From assembly GCA_964469555.1 (NCBI GenBank), contig CAYYAQ010000003.1:17982-81981 (forward strand): a stretch of 64,000 nucleotides of DNA. Direction: 5' to 3'. This document shows, one piece after another, positions 44,380 through 52,659 of this stretch. Below the pieces are notes generated by a model. That model was not told the DNA's origin. It ran no database searches and was given only the letters and a program-made list of their open reading frames with translations. The first letter of the stretch is position 1. Every line of letters begins with the position of its first letter. Both the position numbers and the translations under genes were made by a program. The stretch comes from an uncultured candidatus Brocadiaceae bacterium (GTDB taxonomy: Bacteria > Planctomycetota > UBA1135 > UBA2386).

Positions 44380-45255
44380 TCACGGGTGTCGCATCGCGAC
44401 CGCGCGAAAGGCAGAGAACTTCTCGAAGTTCTCGTCGCGGTAGCCGTCGTAGTCGAACTCGATCTTCGTCTGGCTCCCCTGGATGACCGCCCAGAGGCTC
44501 TCTCGAAGCGCGGCCATGGCTTTCATGATTTGGAATGCACGACCGGTGACGAACGTCTCGTCGTCGCCCGAGTACGTGCCCAGGAGCATCTCGTCCTGTT
44601 CCGCATCGAACCCGCAGTTGCTCGAGAGCCCGGCGAGATCGAACAGGGGATAGGCGCCGACCCCGCTGTATTCCCAGTCGATGATCCATAGCCGGTCCCC
44701 TGTATCGAGGAAGTTGCCGGGCATCATGTCGTTGTGGCAAAACGTCGGTTCGCTGGGACTCACGCTGCCCTGCAGCTGCCTGATGAACTGCAGAAGATCG
44801 TCTGCCGGGCGTGGCAACGCGAGGTCGTTGTCCGCCGCGAAGCGGACGTACGTGCGCGTCACCTGGAACGGCGAGAAGTACATCAGGTGCCCGGTGATCC
44901 CGGGCCCCGCCGCGTGGATCGCGCGGATCGCCTTGGCAGTGCGTTCGAGTGCCTCTTGGTCAGACAGGAGTTCTGGCGTCAACGGCGTGCTGTTCGTTAT
45001 GAAATCGGAGACGAGAATCCCCTCCTCTGCGTGCGCGATCCGGGGTGCGAAACCGAACTCCGCGGCCGCCCGCGTGCACGCGAGTTCGTTACTCCTGCTG
45101 ATGCCGAGCGCCGGATCGTCGGTCCCTTCGCGGACGGCGAACGCACTCTCGCCGTCCAGGACGAGGTAGTTCAAGTTCGTCAAGCCGCCGGACAACGGTT
45201 CGATCTGGATCTCGCCCCGCCAGATCGGGAGTGCGCGGATGGACTCTTCGGACAT
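44380..45255 (-). CDS. Choline/ethanolamine-kinase-like phosphotransferase (APH superfamily)
   Basis: LSGGLTNLNYLV (nucleotide-binding loop region), FCHNDMMPGNFL (Brenner motif HxDxxxxN), and LWIIDWEYSGVGAYPLFDLA (choline-kinase motif). Start ATG 45255 preferred over 45291. Confidence 0.7.
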   Translation of the reverse strand: MSEESIRALPIWRGEIQIEPLSGGLTNLNYLVLDGESAFAVREGTDDPALGISRSNELACTRAAAEFGFAPRIAHAEEGILVSDFITNSTPLTPELLSDQEALERTAKAIRAIHAAGPGITGHLMYFSPFQVTRTYVRFAADNDLALPRPADDLLQFIRQLQGSVSPSEPTFCHNDMMPGNFLDTGDRLWIIDWEYSGVGAYPLFDLAGLSSNCGFDAEQDEMLLGTYSGDDETFVTGRAFQIMKAMAALRESLWAVIQGSQTKIEFDYDGYRDENFEKFSAFRAVAMRHP

Positions 45256-45309
45256 GGCTCTGAACCATATCTGGACGGGGATTCTGGGCAAGCCAGTCCA
45301 CGACCAGCG

Positions 45310-46929
45310 TTACTGTCCGTAGTGGACGAAGACCCCGTGATTCTGCTTGGCGAGCTCGCGCATGAACGCGGCTCCCGTGCCGTCGCCCGTGAAGACCGTG
45401 TTGATGCGGATCTGCTGCAACCGGTTCAGCTTCCGGACGCGGGCGAGGATCTCCTTCACGTCCTCGACCGCACCGATCGAGGGCTCGCCGTCGGATAGGA
45501 AGAACACTTCGTCGACGCGGTCCACGGACTCCTGTCCGAACTTCGCGCGAGCGGTATCGAGGACGTAGGAGAGGGCCTCGAAGGTGTTCGTGAAGCCGCG
45601 TGGTCGAACCCGTTCGAACGATTTCATGAGAGCCTGAAGCGACCGGCGCCGCGCGGGGACTGGTTTCTTCTGCGGCGCGCGGACATCGTCCGAGAAGGTC
45701 ACGATGCGGTAGTTCGACCGGGGGCGCATCCCGGCGATGGCCACCAGGACCTGCTCTTTCGCCGCATCCAGGCGAGTCCAGGGCCGTCCCTTGATCCGCC
45801 TGCGCGATCGGCGAATGCGCTTCACGATCTTCGCGGACTTGCCTTCGGCCTTCACCCGCTCGACGGCGTCTCGCATGCTGTGGGACGTGTCGATGACAAA
45901 GATCACGTCGCGGCCTCTGACCGGGATGCCGAAGAACCCACCCTCAGCGCGCGTCGAAGCCCTGACCTTCAGGTCGTCGATCGCGGGCGCCATGGTCACG
46001 CGGTCCTTCTCCTTCTCCCAGAACGCGTGCCACTTGTCCGCGTCGCCAGGCAGCAATGCTCCCGTCAATCGGCGAAGTGACAACCATGCCTCGTGCGCGA
46101 GCAATGGCGAGGCGTCGCGGTTGACGAGCTTCAGCATCGGGTCTTCGGTCTTGGCCCTGTCCTCGGCGCGAAGTAGCGAGATCAGGACGGGAACCGCCGA
46201 GCGCCGCGGGTAGCGCCGCACGAGCCGCACCGTCGCGAGGTCGCTGCGCCAACCCGCCTGACCGAGACTGTCGATGCAAGCATCGACGACGGCAGCCCAG
46301 TCCGCTTCGGTGAGTTTGCCGCGGCGGCGTCGCAAGATCCGGTCGGCGGCGTCCAACACGGCCAGTGCGACCACGGGATGGCGCTCGCGTTGGATCGCCT
46401 CGACGAGGATCGGCAGCGACTTCGGGTGACCGATGTGCCCCAGCGCTTCGGCGGCAGCGAGCCGGACGCGGCCCTCGGCTGCTTCCAGCGCCGTCTCGAC
46501 CGGTGTCCGGAAACCCTCCGTCTGCTTCATGCCGAGTAGGCGAAGCGCGGCCAGGCGAAGGACGAGGTCCTCGGGGCGGGTGTTCGTCGCAGTCCTCTGT
46601 ACGAGCTTCCATACCGAAGGCTCGTCCATTCTCAACAGCGCGCTGTGTCCGGCGTCGCGCACGAGCATCATGTCGCGGCGGTAGAGGTCGTGGTCGTAGC
46701 CGGACGCGGCCAGTGGAAAGAGCGCGCTGGCGACGGTCTCCCCGGCGTGTTTCTCCGCGGCGGCGATCAGGCTCTGCAGGGCGATGAAGTGCGTCGACGT
46801 CTTCCCTCGCCGGTGACCGAAGCCTCGGTGGTCGAGTCCGATTCGGACGTACGCGTAGCCCGCGTCCTTGCGGAGCCACACCTGCTTCGCCATCCTGTTT
46901 CTCAAGAAGGCCGCCCTCCCGGTCGTCAC
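45310..46929 (-). CDS. HEAT-repeat + von Willebrand factor A (vWA) domain protein
   Basis: HEAT-like repeats (RLAAAEALGHIGHPKSLPILVEAI...). C-terminal vWA with MIDAS DxSxS (VIFVIDTSHSMRD), IVTFSD, GFTNTFEAL and FFLSDGEPS. Start GTG 46929 or ATG 46893. Confidence 0.65.
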   Translation of the reverse strand: MTTGRAAFLRNRMAKQVWLRKDAGYAYVRIGLDHRGFGHRRGKTSTHFIALQSLIAAAEKHAGETVASALFPLAASGYDHDLYRRDMMLVRDAGHSALLRMDEPSVWKLVQRTATNTRPEDLVLRLAALRLLGMKQTEGFRTPVETALEAAEGRVRLAAAEALGHIGHPKSLPILVEAIQRERHPVVALAVLDAADRILRRRRGKLTEADWAAVVDACIDSLGQAGWRSDLATVRLVRRYPRRSAVPVLISLLRAEDRAKTEDPMLKLVNRDASPLLAHEAWLSLRRLTGALLPGDADKWHAFWEKEKDRVTMAPAIDDLKVRASTRAEGGFFGIPVRGRDVIFVIDTSHSMRDAVERVKAEGKSAKIVKRIRRSRRRIKGRPWTRLDAAKEQVLVAIAGMRPRSNYRIVTFSDDVRAPQKKPVPARRRSLQALMKSFERVRPRGFTNTFEALSYVLDTARAKFGQESVDRVDEVFFLSDGEPSIGAVEDVKEILARVRKLNRLQQIRINTVFTGDGTGAAFMRELAKQNHGVFVHYGQ

Positions 46930-46945
46930 CGGCAGGCGCTGATCG

Positions 46946-48769
46946 TCAGAGGTCTGCCTTGATGGTGCCGCGCTCGTCGAGGGTCGAAGCCTTCACGCCT
47001 TGCAGCACCTTCTTCTTCGCGCCCTCCCCGACCTCGATCGTGTAGGTGCCCTTCGCAAAGACCTTGGGTCGGAACTTCGTGCCGCGGATGCGCAAGCAGT
47101 AGACCCAGTCGCCCGTCGCTTCGTCGACGATCTTGATGACAGGGTCGGTGGCGCCCGTCACCTCGACGGTCGGAAGGTAGGCGACGGCCTCTCGACCGTA
47201 GTTGTTCGTCTGGTCGATCGTCTTGGGCCAGCCGGGATAGGGTTTCGACGTTCCATCGCCGATCGTGACGTTGCGCGGCCAGCACACCATCTTGATCTTG
47301 CGCGTTCTCTTGTTGAGACGCATCACGCCGAATCCCGCGGCGCGGGTCGTCAGCTTGCCACCCGATCCGCCGGGATCAGGGTTGGCCACCGCCCAGCACG
47401 TGACCCGATTGCCGAACCCATCCAGGTGGTCCCCGAGGATCGGATCCATGCCCTCTGCGCGGTTCTTGCCCGGCTCGAGTGGCTTCCACCAACGAAGGTA
47501 GAGGTTCGCGATCGAGGGCACGCAGAACGAGAAGTTGCCGTCGCGCCACGCGTCGATCCCGTGGTGAAAGATCGTGGCGAGGTGCTGGTCTCCCGCGTAG
47601 TGCACGGCGAAGCACTTGCGCATCGCGTCGATCGCCTTGTTGCGCCCGGTCTGCGGCCACCCGTTCGAGTCCAGGTCCGCGTGCAGCCGCCCGCCGATCT
47701 TGCCGTGGATGTGAGCGCCGCCGCAGAAGATCGTCTGGGACAGCGCGACCTTCATGTCCGCGCCGCGCCAGTCCTGGCCCCAGTCGTCGAGGAACTTCAG
47801 CTGCCGCTTTCCGAGCAGTACAGCGATTGGCACATCCACGCTCTTCGGGTCGTAGTTCGGGTTGCGAATGTGGTCGGGTCGCGGCCCCTGCTTCGGGATC
47901 AGGCCCTTCGGTCCCGTCTTGAACTTCCGGTCCTCGAGGATCGCGAAGCTGATCCGGCCCCACCGGTACTTGGTGTAGTAGACCTGGATCCCGCGTTGCA
48001 CCGGGGTCGGGTCGTAGGGATCCGGCAGGTGGCTCGTCTGCGCGCGCTCGACCATCTTCACATACGCGGCGGGCATGAAGTACCCGCCGTCCGGCCCCGC
48101 GCCGCTGTTGGACTTCTTGCCGCTGGCGCCCCAGAGGTTCGCCTGTCCGACGTCGTGATCGTCCGGAATCGTCACGGTCGGTCGATCCTTGATGATCTCG
48201 CCGAACTCGCGACCGAACTTCAACCACGCTGCCAGGTGCTTCCGGTGGTTGTAGACCTGATCGCCGGAGAAGAAGAGCACGTCGGCGTCGATCGTCTTCA
48301 CGTTCGCGATGATGTCGTCCTTCGGGATCTCCCCGCCGTGCGCCTTCCGGATGGAGTTGCCCGTGAACCCCGCGACGACGATCTCCTCCTTGTCGATCGG
48401 GTTCTTGCGGATCAACCCTCCGAAGTACGCCGCCTTGCCGTGCGCGGCACGGTACTGCACGGCCTTGCTATCGTCCCAGTTTTGCACCTTGAACGTCGCT
48501 GTCCATCCGTCCTCGATCACCTTCTGTTCCGCGATCTTCTCCCAGGTGTCACCCTTCTTGATCTCCAACCGTACGGTGTGGCTCTCGCCATCCTTCAGCG
48601 GGTAGAGCTGGGCTGTCAACTTCAGGATCTTGTCGTGGACCGTGTAGAGGGTGAAGCAGATGACCTTGTCTCGGCTGACTTCGGGGATGATCAGGTTCTT
48701 CTGGGCGACGACGTTCGAAACGAGCCCGCAGATGAGCAGGGTTCCGATCCGGATAGGGGGGGTCTTCAC
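46946..48769 (-). CDS. Secreted PhoD-like metallophosphatase-domain protein
   Basis: Start set at GTG 48769, giving signal peptide VKTPPIRIGTLLICGLVSNVVAQ. Metallophosphatase series DADVLFFSGDQVY, IPDDHDVGQANLWG, ILEDRKF, HYAGDQHLATIFHHG, resembling PhoD-type phosphodiesterases/phosphatases. Substrate unknown. Confidence 0.6.
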   Translation of the reverse strand: MKTPPIRIGTLLICGLVSNVVAQKNLIIPEVSRDKVICFTLYTVHDKILKLTAQLYPLKDGESHTVRLEIKKGDTWEKIAEQKVIEDGWTATFKVQNWDDSKAVQYRAAHGKAAYFGGLIRKNPIDKEEIVVAGFTGNSIRKAHGGEIPKDDIIANVKTIDADVLFFSGDQVYNHRKHLAAWLKFGREFGEIIKDRPTVTIPDDHDVGQANLWGASGKKSNSGAGPDGGYFMPAAYVKMVERAQTSHLPDPYDPTPVQRGIQVYYTKYRWGRISFAILEDRKFKTGPKGLIPKQGPRPDHIRNPNYDPKSVDVPIAVLLGKRQLKFLDDWGQDWRGADMKVALSQTIFCGGAHIHGKIGGRLHADLDSNGWPQTGRNKAIDAMRKCFAVHYAGDQHLATIFHHGIDAWRDGNFSFCVPSIANLYLRWWKPLEPGKNRAEGMDPILGDHLDGFGNRVTCWAVANPDPGGSGGKLTTRAAGFGVMRLNKRTRKIKMVCWPRNVTIGDGTSKPYPGWPKTIDQTNNYGREAVAYLPTVEVTGATDPVIKIVDEATGDWVYCLRIRGTKFRPKVFAKGTYTIEVGEGAKKKVLQGVKASTLDERGTIKADL

Positions 48770-49011
48770 GCAGATGTCTCGCAGATGGTGTCGGGAGGGG
48801 TGGTTTGCGCGGCGAGTGTAGTCTGCGGGGCTGTCGTGCGCGATGATCGTGCAGATGAAGGAAGTTCGATCACGCCATCTCTTCCTCACGGTGTTCCCAG
48901 TTCGAGATCTCCTGACGGCTCCGGTCTGCACCGTGATCATCATCCGTGAGGTGGAGAGCTACGTCGCGGGGTAGGTTGTCTGTTCCGTCTCCTCGACCGA
49001 TAGAAGTTCTG

Positions 49012-50007
49012 ATGACCGGACCCCGCAATCTCCGCTGTGGCATCGTTGGCGCTGGCCGGACCCGACACGGTACGGGACCGTTCCTCGCCAGCTTCCTCGA
49101 GGGTGCCGACTGCGATGTCGTCGGCGTCGTCGGACGGAGTTTTTCGCGGGGCCGTTCCGCCGCAGAGGATCTGGCACAGCGGCTCGGGCATGCGGTCGAG
49201 GCCCACGCATGCGTCGAGGATCTGCTCGCCTCCGGACTCGATGCCCTCGTCATCGCGGCGCCGGACGAGGTCCATCTTCCGGCACTCCGGGCTTCGCTCG
49301 AGGCGCGGACTCCCGTGCTCTGCGAGAAACCCCTCGTGCAGGCCGAAGAGCACGAGGCCGTCGCCGCGCTCGTCGACGGGTTCCGGAGTCGCGACATCCT
49401 GCTGATGGAGGGCTGCCAGTGGCCGATGGCCATGGCTGCGTTCGACGGGCTCTACCCGGAACGGAGTCCGGAATCGACGCGATTCGCCATGCGGCTCTCG
49501 CCGATTGGCCCTGGCCCGTTGATGTTGCGCAACTCGCTGTCGCACCTCATCAGCCTGATCCAGGTCGAGTGGCCCGTCGGGCCCGACACCACGGTCGAGA
49601 GCCTGGCGTTCGAGGGTTCCGGCGGCGTCGAGGACGGGCTCGTGACGTCCTTCGACCTGCGGAATCGCCCTTCGGAAGTAGGCGACGAGTCGACCGACCG
49701 TGGTTCGGCGGCGTGCCGGTTGGAGCTCGTGGTCTGCCCCGATCAGCCCCGCCCCGCCTGGGTCGAGATCGATGGTCACCGCATGGGTCGAGAGGTCGAT
49801 CTCGTGACGTACGCGATCTCGTTCGTCGCTGGAGAGAGAAAGATCTCCGTCGATGATCCGACCAAGACTCTCGTGTATCGTTTCGCCGACTTGGTCAAGT
49901 CTCCGAGCCGTGAGCGATATCGAATCGAATCCAACCGCGTCGAGCAGCGCGCCCGACTCTACAGCCACATCGTCCGTGGGCTTGTCGAACACCTCGCCTC
50001 CAGTTGA
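49012..50007 (+). CDS. Gfo/Idh/MocA-family NAD(P)-dependent oxidoreductase
   Basis: Start at internal ATG 49012. Rossmann N-terminus LRCGIVGAGRTRHG, DALVIAAPDEVH, VLCEKPL. The C-terminal half is divergent. Confidence 0.65.
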   Translation: MTGPRNLRCGIVGAGRTRHGTGPFLASFLEGADCDVVGVVGRSFSRGRSAAEDLAQRLGHAVEAHACVEDLLASGLDALVIAAPDEVHLPALRASLEARTPVLCEKPLVQAEEHEAVAALVDGFRSRDILLMEGCQWPMAMAAFDGLYPERSPESTRFAMRLSPIGPGPLMLRNSLSHLISLIQVEWPVGPDTTVESLAFEGSGGVEDGLVTSFDLRNRPSEVGDESTDRGSAACRLELVVCPDQPRPAWVEIDGHRMGREVDLVTYAISFVAGERKISVDDPTKTLVYRFADLVKSPSRERYRIESNRVEQRARLYSHIVRGLVEHLASS

Positions 50008-50011
50008 GCGG

Positions 50012-51250
50012 GTGGCGGGGCCGCGCCGCGAGGAGGCGATCCACGACTTCACCGCGAAACTGCGGCAGCCGGACATCCTGCCCGGCATCAAGGAGTACGT
50101 CGCGTGGCGTCGCGAGTTGGCCGCGGCGCGGGCTGCAGGCGCATCGGATCCGGAGACTCCCGATCTCGTGCCGGTCTCGATCAACCTCGATCTCACGTTG
50201 GCCTGCAACTACAAGTGCGACCACTGCATCGACTGGGACATCCTCAACGGCCCGGCGAAGCACGCACAGGAAGAGCTCGAGCAAGCGATGCGGTTGATGG
50301 CGGAGAAGGGGCTGCGGAGCGTCATCCTGATCGGTGGCGGCGAGCCGACGCTGTATCCCGGGTTCGCGTCGTTCGTCAAGGTGTTGAAAGACCTCGGGCT
50401 GAAGGTCGCGATCGTCACGAACGGTAGCCGGGGTGACCGGCTCCTCGAGGTCGCACCGTTTCTCGGACGCGGGGATTGGATTCGTCTCTCCCTCGATTCG
50501 GGATCGAACGCGACGTTCCGCCGGATGCACAACCCGTCGAAGCCGAGCCTCGACCTCGACGAGATCTGTTCGTGGATTCCGAAGATCCGCGCTGCGAATC
50601 CTGAGATCGACCTCGGCTACTCCTACATCGTGACGTGGAAGGGCGGAGAGCGGGACGACACGAAGATCATCGAGAACATCGACGAGATCGTGCAAGCCAC
50701 GCAGCGTGCGCGGGAAGCAAGATTCAGCTACATCGCGTTCAAGCCGTTTCTCGAGCGGGCGGCGGACGGGTCCGAGGTCATGGACCCCAGCAAGACCGAA
50801 GACGACACGCGGAAGGTCCAGAAACGAATCGTGGCGATGATCGACCAGGCCAGGAAGTTCGAGCGCGAGGGCTTCCGGGTGATGGAGAGCACGAACCTGC
50901 GCGTCCTCGAAGAAGGTCGGTGGGACAACCTCAAGTGCCAACCCCGGACCTGCCACATGCAGGCGCTGCGTCAGGTCGTGACGCCGGTCGGGACGTTCAA
51001 CTGCCCTGCGTACCGGGGTGTCGGGCACGCCAGGCTCGGCGAGAAGGATGCGTACAAGGATCCAGAGACCGCGCGCTCGACGGCGGAAGCGACGAAGGCC
51101 CTGTTGGACCGCTTCGACGCAACCCACAATTGCCGCGAGATCACGTGTCTCTACAACGACACGAACCGGTGGTTGCAGCGCTCGATCGACTCCGACGAGG
51201 ACGTAGGAGCGATCTCCCCGTCGCCGGACCGGCAGGACTTCTTCCTCTAG
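50012..51250 (+). CDS. Radical SAM enzyme, function unknown
   Basis: GTG 50012 lies 4 nt after the upstream stop; the track start 49853 would overlap 155 nt. CNYKCDHC (CxxxCxxC, 50204-50227), ILIGGGEPTLYP, and extra C-terminal Cys (CQPRTCHM...FNCPAY, CREITC) suggesting an auxiliary cluster. Confidence 0.8.
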   Translation: MAGPRREEAIHDFTAKLRQPDILPGIKEYVAWRRELAAARAAGASDPETPDLVPVSINLDLTLACNYKCDHCIDWDILNGPAKHAQEELEQAMRLMAEKGLRSVILIGGGEPTLYPGFASFVKVLKDLGLKVAIVTNGSRGDRLLEVAPFLGRGDWIRLSLDSGSNATFRRMHNPSKPSLDLDEICSWIPKIRAANPEIDLGYSYIVTWKGGERDDTKIIENIDEIVQATQRAREARFSYIAFKPFLERAADGSEVMDPSKTEDDTRKVQKRIVAMIDQARKFEREGFRVMESTNLRVLEEGRWDNLKCQPRTCHMQALRQVVTPVGTFNCPAYRGVGHARLGEKDAYKDPETARSTAEATKALLDRFDATHNCREITCLYNDTNRWLQRSIDSDEDVGAISPSPDRQDFFL

Positions 51251-51259
51251 CAGGGTGTC

Positions 51260-51970
51260 ATGCAAACCCGCTGCGTCGGACTCCTACTTCTGGTTGGTGG
51301 CTGGTCCGCGTGCGACGACGCGAAGTCCCTTCGCCCCCGAATCCTCGTCGCCGCGAGCTTTCAGGACGCGGCGAGTCGGGTGGTGGGGGACGCGGCGATC
51401 GTCGTGCCCAGCTCTTCGTCGACTCTCGCGCGGCAGATCGTCGCGGGCGCGCCGGCGGAGTGCTTCATCTCCGCGGACGCTGACTGGATGGACTACCTGG
51501 CGGAGCGTGAGTTGTTGCAAGCCGGTAGTCGGCAGGAACTCGTCCGCAACGCGATCGTGGTCGTCGCGCCCAGGGGGAGGCCGGGCACTGTCTCGCTCGC
51601 GACGTTCAAGGGGACGATCGCGATGGGGGATCCCGAGCACGTCCCGGCTGGAAAGTACGCGCGGCGGGCGTTGGAAGCCGAGGGCGTGTGGCGAGGTCTC
51701 TCGGGGAGCATCGTGCCGACGGGCGACGTCCGCCAGGCGCTCGTCTTGGTGGAGCGGAACGAGGTCGATCTGGGCATCGTCTACGAAACGGACGCCGAGG
51801 CGAGTTCGCGGGTCTTGATCGTGCACCGCTTCGCAGAGGGCAAGACTCCAGCGGTGCGTTACGAGATCGCTATCGTTCGCGGCGGCGACCCGGCGTTCCT
51901 GCGCATGCTCACCAGCGATTCCGCCCGCAGGGTGTATCGCGAATTGGGATTCAAACCGGTGTCGCGCTGA
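51260..51970 (+). CDS. modA: Molybdate/tungstate ABC transporter periplasmic binding lipoprotein
   Basis: Lipobox GGWSAC. ILVAASF, SSSSTLARQIVAGAPAECFISADADWMDYL, GDPEHVPAGKYARRAL, VRQALVLVERNEVDLGIVYETDA: ModA signature blocks. Confidence 0.82.
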   Translation: MQTRCVGLLLLVGGWSACDDAKSLRPRILVAASFQDAASRVVGDAAIVVPSSSSTLARQIVAGAPAECFISADADWMDYLAERELLQAGSRQELVRNAIVVVAPRGRPGTVSLATFKGTIAMGDPEHVPAGKYARRALEAEGVWRGLSGSIVPTGDVRQALVLVERNEVDLGIVYETDAEASSRVLIVHRFAEGKTPAVRYEIAIVRGGDPAFLRMLTSDSARRVYRELGFKPVSR

Positions 51971-52659
51971 TGCTCGCCGCAACCGAAGTCTGGCCTGCCC
52001 TCTACCTCTCACTCAAGGTGGGTTTCGTCGCGACCCTCGTCGGTCTGTTGCCGGCGCTGGCGCTCGCCTGGTGGTTGGCGCGGACGCGCTCACGGTTGCG
52101 ACCGTTCGTCGAGGCCATCGTGATCCTCCCCATGGTGTTGCCGCCGGTCGTCGTCGGCTACTTCCTGCTGGCGTGGTTTGGGCGAAACGGAATCCTTGGC
52201 GAGTGGATGCTCGACGCGCTCGGTGTTCGACTCGCCTTCGTGTGGCCAGGTGCCGCGCTCGCCGCGATGATCATGGGGTTTCCGCTGATGGTGCGGACCA
52301 TGCGGCAGGGATTCGAGGCCGTGGACCCCGGGCTCGAAGAGGCCGCGGCGGGGCTTGGGGCGGGGCGCTGGCGGACATTCAGGTCCGTGACGATGCCGCT
52401 GGCGGGGAGAGGGATCGTGGCGGGCGCCGCCCTGTGCTTCGCCCGCAGCCTGGGCGAGTTCGGCGCGACGATCACGTTCGCCGGCAACGTGCCCGGCGAG
52501 ACGCGGACGTTGCCGCTCGCGATCTGGACGGCGCTTCAGCGCGCGGACGGCGAGGAAGCGGCCTGGCAACTGACCTGGGTGTGCGTCGGCGTGGCCGTTT
52601 CGGCGACGGTGTTGTGTGAGCTGCTGGTGCGGCGTCCCACGAACGGAGGTCGATCATGA
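51970..52659 (+). CDS. modB: Molybdate ABC transporter permease
   Basis: Start at internal ATG 51970 (TGATG junction with modA). 229 aa with 5-6 TM segments and an EAA-like loop (LEEAAAGLGAGRWRTFRSVTMPL). Confidence 0.82.
   Translation: MLAATEVWPALYLSLKVGFVATLVGLLPALALAWWLARTRSRLRPFVEAIVILPMVLPPVVVGYFLLAWFGRNGILGEWMLDALGVRLAFVWPGAALAAMIMGFPLMVRTMRQGFEAVDPGLEEAAAGLGAGRWRTFRSVTMPLAGRGIVAGAALCFARSLGEFGATITFAGNVPGETRTLPLAIWTALQRADGEEAAWQLTWVCVGVAVSATVLCELLVRRPTNGGRS

Noticed and set aside
47000-48949. 649-aa plus-strand ORF antisense to the PhoD-like gene. Analogous cases: 55547-57478(+), 57697-59664(+), 61044-62408(+), 49895-51265(-), 59220-60770(-) and 62461-63681(-).
   Set aside because: All lie opposite genes with clear ABC, sulfatase, AKR, radical-SAM or metallophosphatase motifs. 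Their composition is typical of an out-of-frame GC-rich reading.
50012-51250. Radical SAM gene as MoaA (because of the adjacent modABC) or as the anaerobic sulfatase-maturating enzyme for the sulfatase at 59391.
   Set aside because: Its length, N-terminal context and C-terminal Cys spacing do not fit my recollection of MoaA or of the SPASM CxxCxxxxxCxxxC pattern of anSMEs. The sulfatase is also 8 kb away in a different transcription unit. The gene is left as function unknown.
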